Of a DNA stretch of 64,000 bases, positions 1-9,396 are shown in pieces. The position numbers were made by a program, and so were the translations under genes. Numbering within the stretch: the first letter of the stretch is position 1; the number at the start of each line of letters is the position of its first letter. The notes under the pieces are model-generated. The model searched no databases. It saw only the letters and a list, made by a program, of their open reading frames with translations, and had not been told where the DNA came from. This DNA comes from Candidatus Spongiisociaceae bacterium (lineage in GTDB: Bacteria > Actinomycetota > Acidimicrobiia > Spongiisociales > Spongiisociaceae), in the NCBI GenBank assembly GCA_965202665.1, contig OZ241841.1, positions 1,248,001 to 1,312,000 of the forward strand. The letters are read 5' to 3'.

Positions 1-279
1 TTTGCAAGTGGCCCACCAGCCGGTGGTGTAAGGGTTCTCCGGCTTTTTACCGTCCCAAGAGGGGGTTTGGTTGCCCCATGCCTGGCTTACCCGAAGGAAA
101 AGGGTGTTCCACCTCCCCTGGTAGGCGCGCCCGGTGGCGGCGCTGGTGGGGACCAAGCCCAGGCCGGACAGCCCGGAGTTCCAATCCCAACGCTCGCCCC
201 TCTTAGCCTTGGCGACCGCTCCGAGGAGCAGTCCTTCGGCGACCGCCTGCAGGCGGTCGGCGAGACTCGCTCCTTTCAT
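1..279 (-). CDS. ArdC-like antirestriction / ssDNA-binding protein, N-terminal part (runs off window edge)
   Basis: Not in the ORF track; read manually. ATG at 279 gives MKGASLADRLQAVAEGLLLGAVAKAKRGERWDWNSG...PTSAATGRAYQGRWNTLFL...PYTTGWWATCK, open to base 1. Resembles the ArdC N-domain pattern P-x-N/S-x2-TGR-x-Y-x-G-x-N-x-L...Y-x4-W-x-T-x-KQ. Confidence 0.65.
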   Translation of the reverse strand, partial: MKGASLADRLQAVAEGLLLGAVAKAKRGERWDWNSGLSGLGLVPTSAATGRAYQGRWNTLFLRVSQAWGNQTPSWDGKKPENPYTTGWWATCK

Positions 280-341
280 TGTCGCTTCTTCCGTGGGTCG
301 TCCCGGGTTGTCATCGCCGCCGCCCGCCCCCTGGCGGCTCA

Positions 342-722
342 TCAGCTCCCCCGTCTCGCAATGGCTACCGCCTCCCGGAGGGTGTCCGCCACCAGCGGGT
401 CCTCCCCGATGCGCGCAACGATGAACCCGGAACCGAACGGGCGAATTCTGTAGGACCCGACCAACAGGTACGGGTTGCCGCCCTTGTACATACCGAACAC
501 CGAAATCTGGGAGGGCATCAACTCCCGTCCCGACTCGGCTTCGGTCTCCGATTCGGGGGCATCGGCCAACTCAGCCGCCCGCCTCCCTCCGTGGTCCAGG
601 CAGTTCCCGTCCTCGTCCAGCGGGGCTCCGCATACGCACGGTTTCTTCCCCGCCTCCAACGTGGCCTGCTGGCGGCGCATATGCTCCAACGCCGCTTCCG
701 GCGTGCTAAACCAAACCTCCAT
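342..722 (-). CDS. hypothetical protein with a small Cys cluster (CVCG...C)
   Basis: 126-aa ORF with an AAAGG RBS before the ATG; same strand and directly upstream of the ArdC-like gene; no family recognised. Confidence 0.55.
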   Translation of the reverse strand: MEVWFSTPEAALEHMRRQQATLEAGKKPCVCGAPLDEDGNCLDHGGRRAAELADAPESETEAESGRELMPSQISVFGMYKGGNPYLLVGSYRIRPFGSGFIVARIGEDPLVADTLREAVAIARRGS

Positions 723-778
723 TTTTCGCCTTTCCCGCTCGCATGTTCATCCGCGCTTTGCCGTCTTGGTTAAGCAAA

Positions 779-808
779 TGAAGGGGACGCCGGGCGGCGT
801 CCCCTTCA
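779..808. terminator. intrinsic terminator hairpin downstream of the AapJ-like gene
   Basis: Perfect 13-bp stem TGAAGGGGACGCC-GGGC-GGCGTCCCCTTCA with T-rich flanks on both strands. Confidence 0.75.
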
Positions 809-831
809 CCTGTTTTTAATCCCGGTTGGGT

Positions 832-2034
832 TTACCGAGCGGGCGGGGCGTAGACCAGGCCCCCATCGGTCCAACGGGCGTTGGCCGAACCGGCCCGGGT
901 GAAACCGAGCGGACCCAGGTTGCGGGTGTATATCTCGTCGTAGTTGCCCACCTGCCGGATGGCGTTGGCGAAAGCGTCCGCGTCCAAGTCCAAAGCCGTC
1001 TGCCTCTCGTCTTCGGAGGAACCCAGCAGGCGCCCTACCTCCGGGTCCTCCGGGTCGACAGCCATCTGGTCCACGTTGGACGAAGTGACGCCTTTTTCAT
1101 CGGCGATGATGAGGGCGAACACCGTCCAGTTGATCACGTCGCCCCAGGCGCTGTCGTTTTGCCGGTACATCGGGCCCAACGGCTCCTTGGAGATGGGCGT
1201 GGTCGGGAAAATGATCCAGTCGCCTTCGCTGATCTCGCCGTTCTGGATGGCCGAATAACGTTGGCCGAACAGCCCGGAACCGTCAGTGGTCACCAAGTCG
1301 CACGAACCGGCCCGGAACAGTTCCATCGCCTCCGGGAAGGCTTCCACCGTCACCAGTTCGATGGTGGCGCCCACCGTCCTGGCCCCTTCGGTGATGTTCT
1401 TTTCGGTGGTGGTTCCGGCGTTGGTGCACAACCGGGCCCCATCCACGTCGACCAAGGTGGAGGCGTCGGTGAAACCGAACGAGGCCTGGCCCATGATCTG
1501 CTGGCCGTCGTAGAAGGTGGTGGGACCGAAGTCGCCGCCCAACTCCGTGTCGCGACTCTGCGTCCAAGTGGTGTTGCGGAACAGCACGTCCACGTCGCCG
1601 GCGGTGAGGGCGTTGAACCGTTCGGCGGCGGTCAAGCCCACAAATTCCACCGCATTGGCGTCGCCCAACACGGCGGCCGCCACCGCCCGGCAGAAGTCGG
1701 CGTCGAATCCGGAGGAGGAACCATCTTCCTGCGGCTCGGAGAAGCCGATGGCCCCGGTGGAAACCCCGCATCGCAAAGAGCCGCGGGCTCTCACCGCATC
1801 CAAAGTGCTTTCGCCTTGCGTCACGGTCACGTCCACCGCGGTGGTGGTGGTTTCACCCGCTTCGGTGGTGGTGGCCTCGGCAGCCTCGGCGGCGGTGGTG
1901 GTGGCCTCGGACTCGGCCGCGGCCGTGGAAGAAGTAGCCGGAGCGACCGTGGTTTCGGGGGCGCTATCCCCGCCTCCGCAGGCCGCGGCTGCCATAACCA
2001 GGGCGACTGTCATCGCCAAAAGTTTAATTTTCAT
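832..2034 (-). CDS. general L-amino acid ABC transporter substrate-binding lipoprotein (AapJ/BztA family)
   Basis: Motifs RGSLRCGV, GFDADFCRAVAAAV, RNTTWT-SRD, FYDGQ, ISKEPLGP, VGNYDEIY, GGLVYAPPAR. Lipobox AAAC followed by a Thr/Ala linker. Start placed at MKIKLL (2034). Confidence 0.9.
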   Translation of the reverse strand: MKIKLLAMTVALVMAAAACGGGDSAPETTVAPATSSTAAAESEATTTAAEAAEATTTEAGETTTTAVDVTVTQGESTLDAVRARGSLRCGVSTGAIGFSEPQEDGSSSGFDADFCRAVAAAVLGDANAVEFVGLTAAERFNALTAGDVDVLFRNTTWTQSRDTELGGDFGPTTFYDGQQIMGQASFGFTDASTLVDVDGARLCTNAGTTTEKNITEGARTVGATIELVTVEAFPEAMELFRAGSCDLVTTDGSGLFGQRYSAIQNGEISEGDWIIFPTTPISKEPLGPMYRQNDSAWGDVINWTVFALIIADEKGVTSSNVDQMAVDPEDPEVGRLLGSSEDERQTALDLDADAFANAIRQVGNYDEIYTRNLGPLGFTRAGSANARWTDGGLVYAPPAR

Positions 2035-2153
2035 TAGGTTTCGTACCCTCCCTCTTCCAGGTCTTGGTGGTAGGTGTTTGCTTCTAAACATAATAACATC
2101 CGGCTGGCAAAATCAAAAATCGTCGGAAAAAACAGGTCGCTTCCCCGGCCCGG

Positions 2154-3221
2154 TCAGCGGGCGGGCGGAGCGTAAATTAAACCTCCTTCCGTCCAACGGG
2201 CGTTGGCGGTTCCCACCCGGGTGAACCCCAAAGCCCCCAAACTGCGGTTGTAAATCTCATCGTAGTTGCCGACCTGCCGGATGGCGGCCGCGAAAGCGTC
2301 GGGGGCCAAGCCCAAAGCCGACTGCTTCTCGTCGTCGGAAACCCCCAGCAGGCGCCCCGCCTCCGGGTCGGGCGGGTTGGCCGCCATTTGATCCACGTTG
2401 GCGGAGGTGATCCCTTTTTCATCGGCGATGACCAGGGCGAACACCGTCCAGTTTACGACATCGGCCCATTCGCTGTCGTTCTGCCGGTACACCGGGCCCA
2501 GCGGTTCTTTGGAAAAAGGGGTTCTGGGGAAAATAACCCATTCGCCGGGGGCTATTTCCCCTCGGGAGACGGCCGCGAACCGCTCCCCGGCCAGCACCGA
2601 ATTGTCGGTGGTGAACAGGTCGCAGGCGGAGGCCTTGAACGACTCCAATGCTTCGGTAAGGGACTCCGAGGTGATCAGTTCGATGTCCGCCCCGGCCGCC
2701 CTGGCCCCCTCCGCCATGTTCTTTTCGGTGGTGGTGCCGGCGTTGGTGCACACCCGGGCCCCGTCGATGTCGGCCAGGGTGGAATCGTCGGTGAACCCGA
2801 CCGAGGCCCGCCCCATGACCTGCTGTCCGTCGTAAAAAGTCACCGGCCCGAAGTCGGTTCCCAACTCCACATCCCGGGTCTGGCTCCAAGTGGTGTTGCG
2901 GAAGATTACGTCGATTCCGCCCGAGGCGAGCACGATGAACCGGTTGGCTTCCACCCCCACGAACTGCACCGCCCCGGCGTCGCCCAGCACGGCGGCCGCC
3001 ACCGCCCGGCAGAAGTCGGCGTCGAACCCCTCATAGGAACCTTCGGCGGTGGGAACCGCGAAACCGATGGCGGAAGAGGCCACCCCGCACCGCAACGACC
3101 CGCGGGCCTGCACCTCGGCCAAAGTGCCCCCGGCGGCTCCGGAGTCGGTCTGGGCCATCGGGGCGGCGGAGGTTACGTACACCATCGCCAGCGCCAACAG
3201 AGTCGCCCAGATTCTTTTCAT
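2154..3221 (-). CDS. second AapJ/BztA-family amino acid binding protein (paralogue)
   Basis: Same motifs as the 832-2034 gene; Sec-type signal peptide MKRIWATLLALAMVYVTSA without a lipobox Cys. Confidence 0.9.
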   Translation of the reverse strand: MKRIWATLLALAMVYVTSAAPMAQTDSGAAGGTLAEVQARGSLRCGVASSAIGFAVPTAEGSYEGFDADFCRAVAAAVLGDAGAVQFVGVEANRFIVLASGGIDVIFRNTTWSQTRDVELGTDFGPVTFYDGQQVMGRASVGFTDDSTLADIDGARVCTNAGTTTEKNMAEGARAAGADIELITSESLTEALESFKASACDLFTTDNSVLAGERFAAVSRGEIAPGEWVIFPRTPFSKEPLGPVYRQNDSEWADVVNWTVFALVIADEKGITSANVDQMAANPPDPEAGRLLGVSDDEKQSALGLAPDAFAAAIRQVGNYDEIYNRSLGALGFTRVGTANARWTEGGLIYAPPAR

Positions 3222-3323
3222 AGCCCCTTTGCCCCTTTCCCCGCCCCGGACACCGGCAAGTTTACCATATCTCCGCATCTCCGCCCGCGGCTCCCCCGGG
3301 CGAGCCGTTTTCGGGCCTTCGTT

Positions 3324-5285
3324 TCACCCGGCGGCCGGAGGGCGGGCCGACACCGGTTGGATGTGCTTGCGGGCTTCGGCCGCGATACCCTCCGCGTCCA
3401 AAGAAAACATGCTCAAAATCTCCTCCACTTCCCCGTGCGGAATGTGAACGGCGGGCAGGCCCAGGGCAACCACCGGAGTTTCGGTGGAGGCGGAAACCTG
3501 ATCCCGGACGGCGGCCCCGATCCCCCCCTCCCGCAGGCCGTCTTCAACGGTTACCACCAGCCGGTGGCGCACCGCGTCGGCGATCATCACCGGGTCCAAA
3601 GGTTTCACCACCCGCGGGTCCCACACCGAACAGCTCACCCCCTCCGCTTCCAACAGGCGGGCCGCCTCCCGGACGGCGGTCAGCATCTTCCCCACCCCAA
3701 TCAGGCACACCTCCGACCCGGCGGCGACTTGGCGGGCGGCCAGCCCCCGTCCCGTCTCCTCCGGTCCGACGCGGGGGGCGGCGGTTTTGGGCCAGCGCAG
3801 GGCGGAGGGCCCGCCGGTGATGTTCAAGGCCTCTTCCAGCATCACCGCCACCTCCTCGTAGGAGGAAGGGGCGAAAATGGTCATTCCCGGAATTTTGGAC
3901 AGCAACACCAGATCCAGCGCGCCGTGATGGGAGGGGCCGTCGTCCCCGGTGACCCCCGCCCGGTCGATGCCGAACACCACCGGACATCCGTGCAAGGCGG
4001 CGTCCAAGTTGATCTGATCCAAGGCCCGGGTCAGGAAAGTGGAGTAGACGGCCACCACCGGGCGCATTCCGCCCATGGCCATCCCGGCCGCCATGGTCAC
4101 CGCGTGCTGTTCGGCGATTCCCACATCGAAACTTCGCTCCGGGAACTCTTCCATAAAAGGAAGCAACCCGGTGGAGTCGGGCATGGCGGCGGTGATGGCC
4201 GCCACCTCCGGGCGGCGCCGCCCGGCGGCCAGCAGGGCCTGCGAGAAGGCGTCGGTGTAGGAACCTTCCCGGATGGAGGACATGTCGTGCAGGTTTTTGA
4301 TGGGATCGGCCTCGGCCGGCGCGTATCCCCGCCCTTTTTGGGTGATGACATGCACCACGGTCGGCCCCTCCATCTGCTCCACATTGGACAGGGCCTTTTC
4401 CAACTCGGCGATGTCGTGGCCGTTGTAAGGCCCCATGTAACTGACGCCCAGCTGTTCGAAAAAGGCGGGAGGTTCCCACATTTGGCGCACCGCCGCTTTG
4501 GTGGCGTCGATGCCCCGTCGCAACATGTCCCCCACCCAGGGCACTGATTCGGCGATGGACTCCAAAGCCCGTTGCCGCCTGCGGTACACCGGGTTGGAGC
4601 GTATTTTGACCAGGCTTTCGGACAGGCGGGAAACGGTGGGGGCGTAGGAGCGGCCGTTGTCGTTGAGCACGATGGTCACGTTGGATTGGGAATGGCCCAG
4701 GTTGTTCAAACCTTCGAAGGACATCCCGCCGGTGAGCGACCCGTCCCCCACCACCGCCGCCACCCGCCGGGAGTTGCCGGCGGCGGCAAAGGCGGAAGCC
4801 AAGCCGTGGGCGTAGGAGAGGGCGGTGGAGGCGTGGCTGTTTTCGATCCAGTCATGCGGGGATTCCATCCGGCTGGGATAACCGGACATTCCGCCGGGGC
4901 GGCGAAGGGAGGCGAAGGCCCCTCGCCGGCCGGTGAGCAACTTGTGGGGATAGGTCTGATGGCCGGTGTCGAACAGAATCACATCCCGGGGGGAGTCGTA
5001 CACCCGGTGCAGGGCGATGGTCAGTTCCACTATTCCCAGGTTGGACCCCAGATGGCCGCCGTTGGCGCTGACGGTGGCTACGATCACCGACCTGATTTCC
5101 CCGGCCAGGCGTACCATCTCCTCCGGGTTCAGCCGGCGCAGATGGCTGGGTTCGCTTATGCGGTCCAGCAGGGGGGTGGCGGGCGGGGATTGGCGGGACT
5201 GGGAAATTTCGGGTTCCAAATCGTCGGACGGGGGTAGCGGGGACAGGCTAATGGGGGCCGTCTGCTCGGCGGGCGGCCCCTCCAT
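3324..5285 (-). CDS. dxs: 1-deoxy-D-xylulose-5-phosphate synthase
   Basis: GGHLGSNLG, FDTGHQTYPHK, GDGSLTGG..EGLNN, LNDN, GIAEQHA, DGPSHHG motifs. Exact start uncertain. Confidence 0.95.
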   Translation of the reverse strand: MEGPPAEQTAPISLSPLPPSDDLEPEISQSRQSPPATPLLDRISEPSHLRRLNPEEMVRLAGEIRSVIVATVSANGGHLGSNLGIVELTIALHRVYDSPRDVILFDTGHQTYPHKLLTGRRGAFASLRRPGGMSGYPSRMESPHDWIENSHASTALSYAHGLASAFAAAGNSRRVAAVVGDGSLTGGMSFEGLNNLGHSQSNVTIVLNDNGRSYAPTVSRLSESLVKIRSNPVYRRRQRALESIAESVPWVGDMLRRGIDATKAAVRQMWEPPAFFEQLGVSYMGPYNGHDIAELEKALSNVEQMEGPTVVHVITQKGRGYAPAEADPIKNLHDMSSIREGSYTDAFSQALLAAGRRRPEVAAITAAMPDSTGLLPFMEEFPERSFDVGIAEQHAVTMAAGMAMGGMRPVVAVYSTFLTRALDQINLDAALHGCPVVFGIDRAGVTGDDGPSHHGALDLVLLSKIPGMTIFAPSSYEEVAVMLEEALNITGGPSALRWPKTAAPRVGPEETGRGLAARQVAAGSEVCLIGVGKMLTAVREAARLLEAEGVSCSVWDPRVVKPLDPVMIADAVRHRLVVTVEDGLREGGIGAAVRDQVSASTETPVVALGLPAVHIPHGEVEEILSMFSLDAEGIAAEARKHIQPVSARPPAAG

Positions 5286-5286
5286 C

Positions 5287-7332
5287 TTACCCTGTTTTTC
5301 CGCCCGCCGCGGACAGGGGGGAGCGGCGCAGGGCCCGCTCCATCAGCGACTGATGCAAATCCACCTGGCCCGTCCCGCCCCGGCGCAGATAGGAGCCGTC
5401 CGGTTGCAGAAGCCACGACAGGTGGTCGTCGGCCCGGCACAAATCCAGAATCTCCTCCAAGCGCTCCTGCAAAGCCGGGTCTTCGATGGGGGTGAGGGAC
5501 TCCACCCGCCGGTCCAGGTTGCGGGGCATCCAGTCGGCGGACCCGATGTAGTAGGTGAAGCCCCGTTCGGGGCGTCCGAAACGGACGATGCGGGAATGTT
5601 CCAGAAAACGGCCCACGATGGAGCGGACGGTGATGTTGTCGCTCATCCCGGGCACCCCGGGGCGCAAACGGCAGATGCCGCGCACGATCAGTTCGATGCG
5701 GGTCCCGGCCTGCGAGGCCCGGTACAGGGCGTCGATCATCGGCTGGTCCACCAGGGAGTTCATTTTGGCCACCACGTGCCCGTCCTCGTAGGAGGATTCC
5801 CGTTCCACCATTTCCAACAGCTGGTCCCGCAAATGGGCGGGGGCTACCAGCAGTTTGCCGTAGGAGCGCCGGGCCCCGTAGCCGGTCAGGTGGTTGAAAA
5901 GCCCGCTGACGTCGGCCCCGATCTCCGGGTCGCGGGTGAAAAATCCGATGTCTTCGTAGAGGCGGGCGGTGCGTTCATTGTAGTTGCCGGTGGAAGTGTG
6001 CACGTAGCGCACCAGCTCCGAACCTTCCCGGCGCACCACCAAGCACAGTTTGGCGTGGGTTTTCAACCCGACCAGCCCGTAGGCCACATGGGCCCCCGAT
6101 TCTTCCAAAGCCTCCGCCCGCTCGATGTTGCGGGCCTCCTCGAACCGGGCTTTCAGCTCCACCAGGGCCGCCACCTGCTTGCCCCGCTCAGCGGCTTCGA
6201 TCAGGGCGTTGACCACGGAGGAGTCGGGGGAGGCTCGGTACAGGGTCTGTTTGATGGCCAGCACCTGCGGGTCGCGGGCCGCTTGGCGCAGAAACTCACC
6301 GGTGGTGGCCCCGAACGACTCGTAGGGGTGATGCACCAGCAGGTCGCCGCGGCTGATCACTTCGAACAGGTCGTCGCCCGCCGCCACCCGGGGCGGGGTT
6401 ACCGGCTGGTAGGGCGGCCAGCGGTGCCGGGGAAAATCCATTCCCGCCTGGCCGGACAAATCGCCCAACCCGATCAGGCCGGACACTCGGTAGACGTGCC
6501 GTTCCTCGATTTCCAGCTCCCGCACCAGCAGGCGCAGGGCGTCCGGGTCGATGTTGCGTTCCACCTCCAAGCGGGCCACCCGCCCGAAGCGGCTTCTTCC
6601 CAACTCGGAGCGAATGGCCTCCATCAGGTCGTCCACCTGCATGTCCGGCACGTCGATGTCGTTGTAACGGGTCACCCGGAACGGATGGCAACGGGTTATT
6701 TCCAAACCGGGGAACAACTCGTCCAAATGGGCGGTGATCACCTGCTCCAAAGGAACATGGCCGTCCCCGTCCGGCAGTTCCACGAAGCGGGGCAGCACCG
6801 GAGGCACTTTGACGCGGGCGAAACGTTCGGTGCGGGAATCGGGCTCCCGCACCATCACCGCCAAATTGAGGGACAGGTTGGAGATGAAAGGAAAAGGATG
6901 GGCGGGGTCCACCGCCAGCGGAGTCAGAACCGGGAACAATTGTTCGTGAAAAACATCGCACAAAACCTTGCGGTCTTGGTCGTCCAGCGAATCCCACAGG
7001 CGGACGGGGGCCCCTATTTCGGCGAGGCCCGGTTGGATGACGGTGCGGAAAATGGCGCTCTGGCGGGCGTATATTTCTTCCACTCCGGCCCGCACTTCGG
7101 CCAGGCGGCGGCGGGCCCCGCCCGCTTTGACCGGCAAGCCGCGCATGCCCGCCTCCTGCCGTTCCTCCAACTCGGCGATGCGCACCTGGAAAAACTCGTC
7201 CAACAGTTCGCTGACGATGGCCACGTAGTTGACCCGTTCCAACAGCGGCGTGTTCTCGTTTTCCGCCTGGGCCAGAACCCGGCGCACAAACTGCAGCCAG
7301 GACAGGGCGTTGTCAAAATATTTCCGGGCCAT
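5287..7332 (-). CDS. ppk1: polyphosphate kinase 1
   Basis: LDEFFQVR, HPFPFISNLSLN, HHPYESF, IKQTLYR, ELKARFEE, KTHAK, GNYN, SIVGRFLEHSR, SADWMPRNLDRRVE. Confidence 0.95.
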   Translation of the reverse strand: MARKYFDNALSWLQFVRRVLAQAENENTPLLERVNYVAIVSELLDEFFQVRIAELEERQEAGMRGLPVKAGGARRRLAEVRAGVEEIYARQSAIFRTVIQPGLAEIGAPVRLWDSLDDQDRKVLCDVFHEQLFPVLTPLAVDPAHPFPFISNLSLNLAVMVREPDSRTERFARVKVPPVLPRFVELPDGDGHVPLEQVITAHLDELFPGLEITRCHPFRVTRYNDIDVPDMQVDDLMEAIRSELGRSRFGRVARLEVERNIDPDALRLLVRELEIEERHVYRVSGLIGLGDLSGQAGMDFPRHRWPPYQPVTPPRVAAGDDLFEVISRGDLLVHHPYESFGATTGEFLRQAARDPQVLAIKQTLYRASPDSSVVNALIEAAERGKQVAALVELKARFEEARNIERAEALEESGAHVAYGLVGLKTHAKLCLVVRREGSELVRYVHTSTGNYNERTARLYEDIGFFTRDPEIGADVSGLFNHLTGYGARRSYGKLLVAPAHLRDQLLEMVERESSYEDGHVVAKMNSLVDQPMIDALYRASQAGTRIELIVRGICRLRPGVPGMSDNITVRSIVGRFLEHSRIVRFGRPERGFTYYIGSADWMPRNLDRRVESLTPIEDPALQERLEEILDLCRADDHLSWLLQPDGSYLRRGGTGQVDLHQSLMERALRRSPLSAAGGKTG

Positions 7333-7347
7333 ATCCCCGTCTGTTCG

Positions 7348-8013
7348 CTATCCGCCGCGCTCCGCCGCCGGTTCCGCGGAGGACCGGGCGGGGGGCGGGG
7401 CGTCCGGGTCCGCCGCCAAACCGGTCAGCAACAGGTCGGTGACCGCCCGGACGACTAAAGGCAGGTCCCGTTGCGGCTGGTCGGAATCGATGAGGGTGCG
7501 GGCGGCGGACATTATCAGGTTGTACAAAAACATCTCGGCCAACGGCCCGGGCAGCGGCTTGAACTCCCCCTGCTCCGCCCCCGACCGGTAAACGGCAGCC
7601 AACTCTTCGGACAACGTCCCGTGGGCGGCCGCCACCCGCTGATGGACGGGACGGGGCAGTTTAGGGGTTTCCCGGTGCAACAGATGTCCCAAGGCGGGGT
7701 CGTGGACCACGAACTCCAGCATGGTGGAGGCCAGAAACCGCAAGCGGGCGGAGGGCGGATAATCGGGGGCCCGGCCCACCATCTCCCCGATGATCCGGGG
7801 CAGGAACTCTTCCACCAAAGAGGCCAGCATGTCGTGCTTGTCGGTGAAATAGTCGTACAGGGTGGTGCGGCCCAGATCGCATTTCTCCGCCACCAAAGCG
7901 AAAGAGACCTTTTCGTAACCATGGTTGGCGAACAGGTCCAAAGCGGCCTGCAGAATCTGCGACCGGGTGAGGGTTTTGTGTTCGGCGATGGAGCCGGCGC
8001 GTATCCGGGGCAT
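7348..8013 (-). CDS. TetR/AcrR family transcriptional regulator
   Basis: ILQAALDLFANHGY...VAEKCDLGRTTLYDYFTDK HTH signature. Confidence 0.9.
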   Translation of the reverse strand: MPRIRAGSIAEHKTLTRSQILQAALDLFANHGYEKVSFALVAEKCDLGRTTLYDYFTDKHDMLASLVEEFLPRIIGEMVGRAPDYPPSARLRFLASTMLEFVVHDPALGHLLHRETPKLPRPVHQRVAAAHGTLSEELAAVYRSGAEQGEFKPLPGPLAEMFLYNLIMSAARTLIDSDQPQRDLPLVVRAVTDLLLTGLAADPDAPPPARSSAEPAAERGG

Positions 8014-8098
8014 GTCCCCAGACTACCCCCGGCGGGCGGTTGCGCGCGGCGAACGGGCGACGGCTATCCTCAGCGGCAGCAACGGGGAGGTTCCGGTA

Positions 8099-9370
8099 AT
8101 GCCCGCCGCGATCGTGGTAGGAGCGCAATGGGGCGATGAAGGCAAAGGCCGGGTAACCGACCTGCTTTCCCAGCACGCCGATTACGTGGTCCGCTACCAG
8201 GGGGGCAACAACGCCGGCCACACCATCGTCATCGGCTCGGAGCGGTTCGCCCTGTCGCTGGTCCCCTCCGGGGTCATGTACCCGGACACCACGCCGGTCA
8301 TCGCCTCCGGGGCGGTCATCGACCCGTCCGTTTTGCTGTCCGAGCTGGAAATGTTGCGCAACCGGGGGGTGGATCCGTCCCGGTTGCGCATCTCCGGCAA
8401 CGCCCACCTGATAATGCCCTACCACCGGCGGTTGGACGCGGTGATGGAACGTTATCTGGGGCGCAACCGGATCGGCACCACCCGGCGCGGCATCGGCCCC
8501 GCCTACACCGACAAGTACGCCCGCAACGGCATCCGCGTGCAGGACCTGTTCGACCCGAAAATTTTCCGGGACAAACTGGAAACGGTTCTGGTGGAGAAAA
8601 ACCGGATTCTCACCCGCGTCTACAACCAGTTGCCTATGAAAGCGGAGGAAATAGCGGCCGAATATCTGGAATACGCCCCCCGGCTTATTCCGATGGCGGA
8701 GGATGTTTCCCTGCTGATCTGGTCCGCCCTGCAAGAAGGGCGGGAAGTGTTGTTGGAGGGGGCGCAGGGGACGTTGCTGGACGTGGATCACGGCACCTAC
8801 CCTTTCGTGACTTCCTCCAATCCCACCGCCGGGGGCGGGCCGGTGGGGGTGGGAATCGGCCCCAAAGCCATCGACCGGGTGGTGGGGGTGGCGAAGGCCT
8901 ACATTTCCCGGGTGGGGAGCGGGCCTTTTCCCACTGAGTTGCGCGATGAAACCGGGGAGCGGATGGTAACGGCGGGGGGCGAATTCGGCACGGTCACCGG
9001 ACGGCGACGGCGGTGCGGGTGGCTGGACTTGGCAGCCTTGCGCTACGCCTGCCGCATCAACTCCCTCACCGAATTGTTCCTCACCAAACTGGACGTGCTG
9101 TCCGGGATTGATCCGTTGCGGGTGGCCACCGCCTACCAGGCCGGGGGGGAAACCCACCGGGAGTTCCCCCGTCAGCAACGAACCCTCTACGAATGCTCCC
9201 CCCGCTATGAGGAACTGCCCGGTTGGGAAGAGGACATTTCCGGGATAACCGAATTCTCCCGCCTGCCCGGGGCGGCGCAGGACTACGTGCGTTTCATAGA
9301 GGAGGAGGTCGCCACCCCGATACACTGGGTGTCGGTGGGCCAAGAACGGGGACAGGTAATCGCCCGGTAA
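8099..9370 (+). CDS. purA: adenylosuccinate synthetase
   Basis: GAQWGDEGKG, QGGNNAGHT, IGTTRRGIGPAY, EGAQG, GTYPFVTSS, GTVTGRRRRCGW, TKLDVL; GGAGG RBS before ATG 8099. Confidence 0.97.
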   Translation: MPAAIVVGAQWGDEGKGRVTDLLSQHADYVVRYQGGNNAGHTIVIGSERFALSLVPSGVMYPDTTPVIASGAVIDPSVLLSELEMLRNRGVDPSRLRISGNAHLIMPYHRRLDAVMERYLGRNRIGTTRRGIGPAYTDKYARNGIRVQDLFDPKIFRDKLETVLVEKNRILTRVYNQLPMKAEEIAAEYLEYAPRLIPMAEDVSLLIWSALQEGREVLLEGAQGTLLDVDHGTYPFVTSSNPTAGGGPVGVGIGPKAIDRVVGVAKAYISRVGSGPFPTELRDETGERMVTAGGEFGTVTGRRRRCGWLDLAALRYACRINSLTELFLTKLDVLSGIDPLRVATAYQAGGETHREFPRQQRTLYECSPRYEELPGWEEDISGITEFSRLPGAAQDYVRFIEEEVATPIHWVSVGQERGQVIAR

Positions 9371-9396
9371 CGAACGGCGGGAAGGCGACTTATTCC

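Noticed and set aside
826-9343. Very long antisense or alternate-frame ORFs (e.g. 2388-4547, 4966-7458, 7661-9343; likewise 34503-36359, 50915-53191)
   Set aside because: They are shadows of well-identified genes in high-GC DNA with few stop codons and have no recognisable motifs.
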